Source of the DNA: Mobula hypostoma
Taxonomy: Eukaryota
Length of the DNA stretch: 64,000 bases
Reading direction: 5' to 3'
Assembly (NCBI RefSeq): GCF_963921235.1
Contig: NC_086109.1
Location: 26,290,001-26,354,000, forward strand
In this document: piece by piece, positions 13,101 to 25,100 of the stretch
Numbering within the stretch: the first letter of the stretch is position 1
Layout: each line of letters opens with the position of its first letter
Translations under genes and position numbers: made by a program
Notes under the pieces: model-generated
What the model saw: the letters and a program-made list of their open reading frames with translations, nothing else
The model's database searches: none
Told to the model about the DNA's origin: nothing

Positions 13101-16100
13101 CCAACAGGAAGCATCAGCACCCACCCCACAGCAAGCAAGCAAAAGCAAGGTCCCCAAAAAGAGACCATGTTCTACTGTCCAACAAAAAAAGCGTTGCTCA
13201 CCCAACAGTTCAACAGACCACAGGCTCTATTTCTCTCTCTCACTAACAAGGGAGAGGAAGGTGTCACCCCTTCCACAGTGAGAGAGGAAACAAACAGATC
13301 ACTGCTTCGATGTTGCAGTCCAAAGCAGCACTTATTCAAACTCACCGGACTTGAGAACCAGCAGACTTTTCCCCCAACCCCATCAACAGTGGGGGGAGAG
13401 CGGGAGAGTTTGGGTGCAGAGGCCTCTGACAACTGCACCTGCTGTCTCATCAGTTGGCAATGCCAGCAAAGCAAATGTATTAAATATAGCATAATCTTTT
13501 TTTAAGGGTGTTTCACTTTGGAATTTGAGGTGAAATGAAGGACGTTACTACATAAATATGACAAGATTTATTCCTTCAATATGTAGATGATTGTCATTTT
13601 TTGATAGGGAGATGCCTTAAACTTTTCCGACTTTCTCTTTGTAGTTTTGCTTGATCTTATTTGTCAAATTTAGATCCAGTTTAGATTGCCTGTTGTATCT
13701 TTTTGAATTAGAGCCTGGGTCAGGAACATGCAAGCAACGTTCTCCGTGCTCCGAGAAGGACTATTTTTTCACACATACGCCGTGCAATGCTGAAGGAAAG
13801 GTAATTCCTTTGTTTAGAAATGTACCAGGTCTTATCTTAAATTGTTTCTGCAGATTGTTTACAGAAAAGGCTGTATCAAGCATTCTCGCGCACGTACTTC
13901 AGCTTTAAAAGCATTTTTTCAAAATTATTGTTTTGAGAGGTTTTGAGCTGATAAAGTAAGAACATCTTTTTATTGATTTGTATGAGGCACCTGTTCTCTA
14001 TTTAACAAAGTGTAGCAGCTTGATGTCTAACACGTGCTCATTCCAATCTGCAAACCCAAAATGGACCTATTAATAGTGCATTGGTTAGCCCTGGTGAAGT
14101 GTAAATCTGGGTTATCTGATCAATTTCTAGATTTGTCCTTGAACTTGCAAGTTTCTGACTTGGAACTAAGGCTGCTACCATGGAGCTAACACTGGTGAAG
14201 TGGCCCTGATGTTTACAGGGAAGGAGCAGTGCTGACTATTGATGGAAATAATGGGAAAAATGGCCTCTGAAATTTAACAACACGTCTCTATTTGAATCTT
14301 TTTTGCTCTGTTTCCCATGTGGTATGGAAGGCAGCTGAAAGTTTAGCTGGCTGGTGGGTGAGGAGTGGGTTGACGTGTATTCAGGAACCATGGAGGAGAA
14401 AGAGAGAGCACTGCATTGCTGAGAAATGGTGAGAAGACAGGTCACTTGTCCAATGCTGGCATCAGATCATTGGGAGTGGAAAGGGAGGCAAGGTGCCAGC
14501 TGATCACAGACTATGGGAGTCACGGGGTGGCTGTCACAAGGAGAGATGCATTTCACGTTGGTTTAGTTTGGAGGTGCACCGGAGGAAGCATGTCTGTCTC
14601 TCTTGATTTAAAAGCACTTAATTTTTGGATCCTGCAGTAATCATCTCCCTCTCTACCAGCATTCCCAGACTAATGGAAAAGAATGGCTATACATTCTTTT
14701 ACATTCCTGGTGTGTAGTTACGTACCACAACTGTGAGTGGGATCCTTGCTGTTTCTGGAGTGTACATAATGGCTGATCTCACCTGGTCCCTCAACACCAC
14801 CTCTTTGGTCAAGAAAGCACAGCAGCATCTCCAGTTCCTCAGGAGTTTGAAGCAAGCAAGGCTCCCTCACCTCCCCCCACTTTAACCAATTTCTACAGGA
14901 GCATCATCAAGAGAGTCCTGACCAGCTGCATCACCATCTGGTATGGGAATTGCAAGGCATATGACTGCAAGAGAGACCCTGAGAAGATTATCAGGGTCTC
15001 TCCTCCATCCATCAGAGATACTTGTTCAGAGCACTGTGTACTCATGGCCCTTAAGTATTGTCAATCGTCCTTCCCATCTGTCCAACAATCTTTTTGAACC
15101 CCTACCATCAGGCAGGACATACTGTAGCATAAGGACAAGAACGGGTAGGATGGGAAGAAGCTCCCTTCCCCAGGCTGTAAGACTACTGAACTCCCAGCCA
15201 CCGCCCAGGTCTCATCACATATGAAGCGCCAGTAGCATTATACTGTTTACTCTTAAACCTGTGTTGTAAATGCACTTTATTATTTGTTAACTTATTTGAG
15301 GTAATATTACGTTGTGCATTGTATGTGTTCTGTGTTGTGCACCTTGGTCTGGAGGAATGTTGTTTCGTTTGGTTGTATACATGTGCATGGTTGAATGACA
15401 ATAACCCAGACTTATCTTATCAGATATAATGGTTTGGTAACATTTCCTCCTTTTAATACTCTAACCAACCTGCCTCACCCATGAAGGTCACATATTATTT
15501 TACTTTCATCCTCCCGCCACCCCACTAGGAATAGGGTTCCCCTTGTCCTCACCTACCACCCCACCAGCCTCCGGTCCAACATATAATTCTCCGTAGCTTC
15601 CGCCACCTCCAACGGGATCCCACCACTAAGCACATCTTTCCCTCCCCCCTCTCTCTGCTTTCCGCAGGGATCACTCCCTACATGACTCCCTTGTCCATTC
15701 GTTCCCCCCCCCCCATCCCTCCCCACCGATCTCCCTCCTGGCACTTATCCTTGTAAGCAGAACAAGTGCTACACATACCCTTACACTTCCCCCCTTACCA
15801 CCATTCAGGGCCCCAGATAGTCCTTCCAGGTGAGGTGACACTTCCCCTGTGAGTCGGCTGGGGTGATATACTGCGTCCGGTGCTCCTGATGTGGCCTTCT
15901 ATATATTGGCGAGACTCAACGCAGACTGGGAGATCATTTCGCTGAATACCTATGCTCTGTCTGCCAGAGAAAGCAGGATCTTCCAGTGGCCACACATTTT
16001 AATTCCACATCCCATTCCCATTCTGATATGTCTATCCACGGCCTCCTCCTCTGTAAAGATGAAGCCACACTCAGGTTGGAGGAACAACACCTTATATTCT

Positions 16101-19100
16101 GTCTGGGTAGCCTCCAACCTGATGGCATGAACATTGACTTCTCAAACTTCCGCTAATGCCCCACCTCCCCCTCGTACCCCATCTGTTACTTATATACACA
16201 CATTCATTTTCTCTCTCTCCTTTTTCTCCCTCTGTCCCTCTCACTATACCCCTTGCCCATCCTCTGGGCTTTCCCCCCTCCCCTTTTTTTTCTCCCTGGG
16301 CTTCCTGTCCCATGATCCTCTCATATTCCTTTTGCCAATCAACTGTCCAGCTCTCGGCTCCATCCCTCCCCCTCCTGTCTTCTCCTATCATTTTGGATCT
16401 CCCCCTCCCCCTCCCACTTTCAAATCTCTTACTAGCTCTTCTTTCAGTTAGTCCTGACGAAGGGTCTTGGCCCGAAACGTCGACTGTACTTCTTCCTAGA
16501 GATGCTGCCTGGCCTGCTGTGTTCACCAGCAACTTTTATGTGTGTTGCTTGAAATTCCAGCATCTGCAGATTTCCTCGTGTTTGTGTTATTTTACTTTCA
16601 TCCGGTTCTTCTTTCTGCTTATTTACTTTCACAGTAGGCGATAAAGTCTTGCTTCTCAGTCCATGAGCATTCCTTCAAGTGGTCATATCCCTGCTGTCTC
16701 ATGATACCTCCTACAACCTCTCCCATTTGACTAGCTCTCTACACAAGGTGAAAAGTTCAAGTTCAAAGTCAAAATGAATTTTTTATCAAAGTACATACAT
16801 GTCACCATATACAACCCTGAGATCTTTTTTCTTGCGCGCATACACAGTAAGTCCAAGAAACACAGTCAAATCAATGAAAGACCATCAGGACAGACAAACA
16901 ATGAATGTGCAAATACAAAAGAAAAACAATAGTCAATAAACATTGAGAACATGAGATGAAAAGTCCTTAAAAGTTCTGCTTGGGGGAGAGTGATGTTATC
17001 CCCTCTGGTTCAAGACCCTGATAGTTGAAGGGTAATAACTCTTCCTGAAACTGGTGGTGAGGATCCTGAGGCTCCTGTACCTACTTCCTGATGGCAGGAG
17101 TGAGAAGAGAGCATGGCCTGGGTGTTGGGGGTCCTTGATGATGGATGCTGCTTTCCTGTGACATTGTTCTGTGTAGATGTGCTCAAAAGTGCAGTATGAA
17201 CTGAGTAAGAAATAAAACCAAATTGTACCAGAATTGAGCCAATCTAAAGCTAACATTACCAGATCCAATGCATCCCTCTATTCCTTCAATGTGTGCATGG
17301 AAGAGATAAAGATAGAGGGAAATCATGCATGCCTATATACCACTGGATTAAGTGGAACTCCTCTGTTTTGGACACCAATCAAAGTTTATCATTCAAGCTA
17401 TCCAAAGATGGAGGTTGATATTCACCATGTGACTAGTGCACAGAGTATGCCAATGTTCACCTCTACCTGACATGATGTTGTGGTTCTGAGATCCTAGACT
17501 TATTTACATCAGGCTGATGAACTTCAGGGGACCAGATAACAGTGTTCTAAGGTCTCTGGTCATCTTATCCATCAATAGAAGGAACTTAGTCAGTGGGGGA
17601 GGAGAGGCCTAGCAGTCATGTAGAAGCAGAAGCCATATTATTTTTGAGATCCCAGAGGAGGCTGGATCTCCATGACCATAACAACTATGGACCTGAAAAG
17701 GGCATATATTGACCATTTCAGCTTAAAATACCACAGAGCATTTTTACATCACATTACAGACCATAAAACAGGAGAAAGTTGGACGCTCAGCAATAGGTCT
17801 TTCACAATAATGTTGACTGTGTCATGAGACATGATAGAATGTAGTCCAGCTCGAAGGTTCATTCTATTGTGAAAGTATGCAGGTACTATGCAACACTGAT
17901 ATTTATCTTCCCCACATAGCTACGAAATACAGAAAAACCATGTGAGTTGTTGAAATGCCTTCATTCAACCCCCGACATGAAGAAAGAGAAAGAAACTAAA
18001 CTCACTAACCCCAACCGACCCACCCCTCCCTTGCACAAAAAGACAAAAATAACATCAAATCCCCAGCCTCTCCCTCACAGAAAAAAACAGTGACAATAAC
18101 GTCAAGTCCTGGCCCCCTTCCTTCACCAAAAAATAAACAATACCATCAAATCCCAGGCTCCTCCCTCAATGAAAAAAGCAGCCACAATAACATCAAATCC
18201 CCAGCCCCCTCCCTCAGAAAAGAACAGTGACAGTAACTCAAATCCCCAGCCCCTTCCCTCACAGAAAAAACAGCAACAATAGCATCAAATCCACAGCCCC
18301 TCCCTCGCAGTAAAAAACAGTGACAAAATCATCAAATCCTGGCCCCTTCCCTCACAGAAAAAAACAACAATACCATCAGATCCCAGTCTCCTCCCTAAAA
18401 GGAAAAAAAAACAATTACATCAAATCCCAGCCCCCTCCCTCACAGAAAAGAAACAGCGATGATAGCATCGAATCCCCAGCCCCCTCCCTCACAGAAAAAA
18501 CCCGCAACAACAACATCAAATCCCAAACCAGTCTCTCACACACAAAACCTAACAGATTCGTCCACACAGAAAAACACCAACAGACACCAACATCGGACCC
18601 CAAATCCCCAACTTTTCTCTTGCATAAGAAGTAACATTATCATCTACTGCCAATCGACACCAGGCAAGAAAACACCAAAAACTGAAGGAGACCAATAGTA
18701 AGTACAGTCCAATAATCACATAAATCTCAGAATATTAAAAATATCCTTCCATCCTTTCAAGGAGAGTGGCCACATGAATTCAGTCCTTCCGTGAAGAGCT
18801 ACCACCAGGCCAGGTCCGTATGCTAAGGCTGCCGACCCCAAAGCCTCCATTTAGATAGACCGCTGACCTCCACGTTCACTTCAGTGCTTTGAAATGGGAT
18901 TGTTCATGATCCTGTGCCCCGTCTCTATTCTCATGAGTCAGCTCGCGTTCTCGGTTCTCTTTGGGTCCCCGTCTCTGGTCTTCGCCAGGAGGCAGCTCTC
19001 CGGACACGGCAGAGTGCTAGATCATTCAATTAAATTCCAACCTGCATGTCACAGACTCCAGCAGCTTCCGTCACACAATCAAGACAAAGAGAACAAGCAG

Positions 19101-22100
19101 AAGACGTAGAGAAAGTGAAATAATTGAAGAGATTGGCTGTCTGAAGAATGTCCCCCGAGGAATCATCGTTCACTGCTGCCGACTAAAACCTAAAAAACTA
19201 AAAAACTAAAAAACTAAAAACCTCATTTTGAGATTGTTATTACCAGGAGAAAATCAGCCTCTGGTCTTTCCAAAGTTAGTTCCACCTTTAGTTTCTCCTT
19301 TAAATTTATCTCAATGGCAACCCCATGGACACTGAATAGAAATTCAAATTCGGGGGGGTTGCAAATTGGGATGTAAATTTCTGTATTGTACTTCATTTAA
19401 AGATATTGCAAGAATGTAACACTGACATTTCTAGTTCACCTTCCAAAGGCTTGGGGAACCGTAGCACAAAAGTACCAAGAAATTAACAGTAATGCAAGAG
19501 ATTCTGCAGATGCTAGAATTTCGAACAACACACACAAAACGCTTGAGGAACTCAGCAGGTCAGGCAGCATCTATGGATATGAATAAATAGTCAACATTTT
19601 GGGCCGAGGCAATTCTTCAGGAAATAACTTCCTTGTCACGAGTGTTTGATGGACAGCTCAGTGTGATAATGGTGATTGAATTACCATACTCTGACAGGAT
19701 ACAGAGACCTTTGCTCTGCATCTGGAAAGTTTGTACTGTTTCACTGTTAAAAGATGCCCTGTTTACATCAACAAGGCATTCTCAGGTGCCTCCACTAAAC
19801 AATAAGGTAAAATGCAAAGTTACTGAAATTTTACAACTTGATTAACAGATATCTGGGCTGGGGGTGGTGGAGGGAAGAGAAAGGTTGCGAATGTTGATGT
19901 TGTATATTTTATTGCCTGAGATATCTGAAGGCATGTTCAGTAATCTTCATTTTGTTACTTGATCTTCTAGACTCAGATGATGTACAAATGGATTGAGCCC
20001 AAACTGTGCAGTGAACGTATGAAGGGAGCAGTGACGCTTCCTGCTTCGGGAGCCGAGATGTCCTGCAAGCCTTGTAACCCAGGTTTTGTCCAAGTCAACC
20101 TTACTGGCTGTCAGCCGTGTCCACTTGGCTCTTACTCAGATGGATATGATGGTAAAATTATTGCAATGCACTATTTTCAAAGATTCCTTTATTAACCTGT
20201 ATGAAAAAAAGTAGACAGAATGCTGGAAGTGCTTGGCAGGGCAAGTGGCATCAGTGGTAACAGAAACAGAGTTGATGTTTCAGGTCATTGGTTTTTAAAA
20301 TGGCGGGGGGTGTGAAAAGAGAAAAGTGAATTTTAACACAGAGGAGGAGGGATGAAGAGAACATGAAGAATGTGATAAGGTGCAGGTCATAGTTGTCAAG
20401 GTAACAGTCAAAAAAACAGGTAAAGATATTTTATTAGAGATAGTTTTACTAGTAGGGAAAAGAAAGGAACAAATCGAAATTCAAATGGACAGCCACAACT
20501 ATAGAGAGATAAAAATGATGGTTACCTGAAATCATCATTTTCAGTATTAAAGCTTTAGGGCTCCAGACTGAAGATGGGGTGCTGTTCCTTAAGTTGGACA
20601 TTATGGACACCATGAAGCCAAGACAGAGAAGTCAGTGTGGGAGTCGTCTGGAGAGTTAAATTGATAGGCATTTGGAAGGTCTTGGACTGGACAGAATTGT
20701 GCTGCAAGCAACCACCCGATCACTGCTTTGGGTTTCTTCAGCAGAGAGAGACCACATTGTGAGCACCAACTTCACTAAACTGGAAGAACTGTAAGTGAAT
20801 TGCTGTTTTGTTCTTTGTGTCCTAAGATGGTAGGTAAAAGGATAGGTGTTATATCTTCAATGATAACATGGGAAAATGACATGCTTGGTTGTGTTGGGTT
20901 GAGATGGAAGAGTCAACCAAGGTCTTATGGAGTTAATGGTTGCTTGAAGATGCTGGAAAGAAAGGGGAGGGATGAATTCTGGTGAATATGGCAGAAACTA
21001 TAGAAGATGTGTTGAATATAGAGGCTGGTGAAGAGCAAGATTGTACCAAATAGAGGAGACAGAGAGTTGAGGTCTATGCCTACTATGGAAATATAGTGTT
21101 TTTATGCCTTCTTCACCAATAGTCTGATTGCTTATCCTGTTGGGAACACATCTATAAACAGAAGCCATTTCCATAGAAAGCAAGCATATAAATAACCAAT
21201 AGAAGAGCCTTGTGTAGGTTAAAGGGAATGGTCGCCGTAATTGTTTGGAATATGTCCTTCCATTATAAAAAGGTCTGATGTAGTAGTATGTCTCCTCTCT
21301 TTCCCAAAAGTAATGGCAATTTGGTGACAAAAGTTATAAGCTTTCCTATTTTAAATAAGGAACAAATAAATAAATACAGTCCTTGAGCAAGTGGATGGTT
21401 TTATTAGCATTACAATTTGGCTGTTTTCCTTAAGACACAAATATCACTGCTGGTATCATTAAGGAAATCGCATTTGAGACAAGTTTTGTTTTTAGTCAAT
21501 GCTCCAAAACTTCAACTGAGGCAAAATTGTCAAAATTGTGTGGGGATTTTCCAATGGTATTTGTGAAGTTTTTTTGAGACTGGGAAGGCATTCTGAAATG
21601 AAAGAATGGATAGAACTTTCCCCATTTATTCACCCGGCAAGAAGTTATACAACAGTACTAATACATCCCTGTATTCAATTCTCTATTTATGGTTGTACCC
21701 ACATTAAGCTCAGTGCACCTCATCTGGGACCATGAATAAGGGTTCCTCCTTAAGGCAGCTCATTTCTAATGAAAGAATAACGGGAAGCAGCAATTCTATT
21801 GCAAATTAAAAGTGAGTCACAAATTGTAGTTGAGTTTATTATCATGTGCAAAGTATGTATATGCAAAGGTACAATGAAAAACTTAACTGCAACAGCTTCA
21901 TGGACACATGGTATCATTTACACCCAGTGTCAACTTTATTAGGTATACGAGTGGAACCCAGTGTAGCCCATTCACTTCAAGATTCAGTGTGTTGTGCATC
22001 CAGAGATGCACTTCTGCACACCACTGTTGTCATGCATGGTTATTTGAGTTACTGTCGCCTTCTTGTCAGTATGAACCAATTCGGCCATTTTCTTCTGACC

Positions 22101-25100
22101 ACTCTCATTAGTAAAGCATATTCACTCACAGAACGGATCGTTTTCTCACATTTTCTATAAACTAGAGACTGTTGTGCTTGAAAATCCCAGGAAATCAGCA
22201 ATTTCTGAGATACTTAAACCACCTCTTCTGACACCAACCATCATTCCCCAGTCAAAATCATTTAGATCACATTTCTTCCCCATTCTGATATTTGGTCTGA
22301 ACAACAGCTGAACCTCTTGACCATGTCTGCATGCTTTTATGCATTGAGTTACTGCCACATGATTGGCTGATTAGAACAAGTGTACATGTGTACTTAATAA
22401 GACGGCTACTGAGTGCAGGTAGCATTCTCAAGAAAAACATAAACAATGTCCATTTTAGTGTAAGTGGTCGTAGTGTTGTTAAGCTGCAGTAATTAGGATT
22501 GTTCCAGTTGTTTCACGGTTAAAGGGAAATAACTTTTCTTGAACTTTGCAGTGTGAGATTTGGGGCTTCTATATTTTATGCCCATTGGTAGCTGTGAGAA
22601 GATGGAATATTAGCTGATCTTGAACCTTGCAGTTTATGACTTGCGCTTTCTATTTTTTTTTCTACCCGATTGTAACCGTGAGAAGATGGCATGGCCAAAT
22701 GGTGGAGGTCTTTGATAGTACATGTTGCCGCCTTTTGGCAGTAACTCCTGAGAATACCTTTATTGGTGGGAAGGGATGTGTCTATGATGTATTGGATTGA
22801 GTCTATTACTCACAAAAGTCAATTTAAGGAGTTTTCACAAGTTCAATGGATCACCTAGGCACTGTGAGTCATTGACGCTGTGCTTATTAGAATCTTTTTG
22901 ATGAGTAAATACATCAAGGGATACAAGAGAAGAAAACTGAGTCATATTGTTCATCACATCAGGGCCTTTCTAAGTGCTTTACTTTGGAAGTGAAGTGCTG
23001 TAGAAGTGAAACCATTGTGATAATGTGAAAACTGTTTTGGACAGTTTCTGTATTGAGAACTCTCTCACTTCCACCCTCCTCCCCCCTACCTCTCCTCCCC
23101 CTACCCCTCCTGCTCCTCCTCCTCCTCCCCCTCCCCCCCCCAATCTTCATCCACCTCATCATCATTCTCCTTAAAGACTTGGTTTTATTTCTGATTCTGT
23201 GGGTTCTGAGCTAGCTTATCAGGCCAATGAGGCAAACTACAGACTCTCACAGATGAGGCTGGAGGTATCAATGCGAGGATGAATAGGTGAGTGGTTTATG
23301 AGATGGTGCATTTCTTTCACTGCTTACTCTAGATCCCAGAGCTCTGATGCATGGACAAGGTTCTCATTACCCTCCAAAAGTTCCCCTAATTTGAGATTCC
23401 CAGCAGTCAGGGGAGTGGGGATGTTGGATTTATTCAAGGAGGCTTTGGGTGGTCTCTTCCTCTTAGACATCAGAACATAAGACATTGGAGCAGAATTGTG
23501 CCATTTGGCCCATCAAGTCTGCTCTACCATTCAATCAGGGCTGATTTATTTCTCCTCTCAACCCATTCTCCTGCTTTTTCTCTATAACCTTAGTCATCCT
23601 TACTAATCAAGAACCTATCAACGTCCACTTTAAATATACCCAATGACCTAGCACTCACAGCCATCTGTGGTAATGAATTCCACCAATTCACTACCTTCTG
23701 GCTAAAGAAGTTCCTCCACATCTTTGTTCTAAAAGTAATATATATTTTCCAGGATCTCAGAGTGAGCCTCTTATTATCAGAAGTACTGGGCCACAGCACA
23801 GACAGGTTGGTCGAGGGTTTTCATCTTGTGATTTTTGAGTGGAAGGTCCTCTTCTATGCTTCACTGAAAGTGTGTCTTGGAGCTCACTCTCTGGAATGCA
23901 CAAATGCAAAAGTTGTCTCCATAATACAGCTGAACTTCTGAGGCTAACCTTGATTCTGGAACTAATCTTCAACATATGTTGCGTTGATGGAGCTTCCAAT
24001 GAGTTCTAAAGCTAAGCGCCAGTGTTTGGGCTCAAGGAAGATAAAAGAAAAGTTGGGTAGTGACACAGATTTCTTTGATGCCACTAATGAATCTTTCTGC
24101 TGTAGGTCATTGGTTAATGTCATGGCTTCCATGCTATCATGGAGCAAACAAACCGTTAACAAGACACACTTCTGGGCAGTCATTTATTATACTTTGATGC
24201 CAAAATCCCCAGTAAAAATTTGACAATTTTTGCATTACACCAATACTAAAACTGTGTATGCAATCCTGATTGATTAGGAAGTCTATTTGCGTATCCTGCA
24301 TATACGTGAGGCTACATTTTCGAAGTTCAAAGTGAATTTATTATCAAAGCACATAGACGTCACCATCTACAATCAGATGGTGAGTGAAGCTGAGTGAAGT
24401 TCTGGTTCAAGAACCTGATGGTTGAGGGGTAATAACTGATCCAGAACCCAGCCATATAGGTTTTGGGGCTCCTACACCTTCTTCCTGATGGTAGCAAGGA
24501 GAAGAGAGCATGGCCTGGATGGTGGAGGTGCTTGATGATAGATGCTGCTTTCCTGGAACAGCACTCCGCGTAGGTGTGCTCAGTGGTGGGGAGGGTTCTA
24601 CTTGTGATGGACAGGACCACATCCACTACTTTTTGAGGGCTTTTCCATTCAGTGGCATTGGTGTTTCCATAGCAGTCTGTGACACAAGTCAATATACTCT
24701 CCATCACACATCCACGGAAGTTTGTCAAACTTCCAAGTGATATGCCGAATCTTCGCAAACTTCTAAGAAAGTAGAGGAGCTTGCCATGCTTTCTTCATAA
24801 TAGCACTTGTGTGCTGGACCCAGAACGGATCCTCTGAAACGATGACACCAGGGAATTTAAAGTTGCAGACGCTCTCTACCCTTGATCACCTGATGAAGTC
24901 TGGCACATGGACTTCCGGTTTCCTCCTTGTGCTTGCTGGCATCGAGTGCGAGATTGTTGTTGTGGCACCACTCAGGCAGGTTTCAATCTCCTTCCTATGT
25001 GCTGATTCGTCACCACCTTTGATCCACCTTTTCTTTCTTATCATTGCAACAGCTTAATGGAGGTCACTACACACAGCAAGCTGTTTTGATATGCCAATCT

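Noticed and set aside
16092..16644. Overlapping 105-162 aa ORFs
   Set aside because: Artefacts of the low-complexity polypyrimidine PLE 3' region; the same pseudo-peptides (e.g. [14 protein letters not shown]) recur at every repeat copy.
18052..18528. Regularly spaced repeats resembling a CRISPR array
   Set aside because: Units are contiguous degenerate tandem copies with no unique spacers, no cas genes, and a vertebrate intron context.
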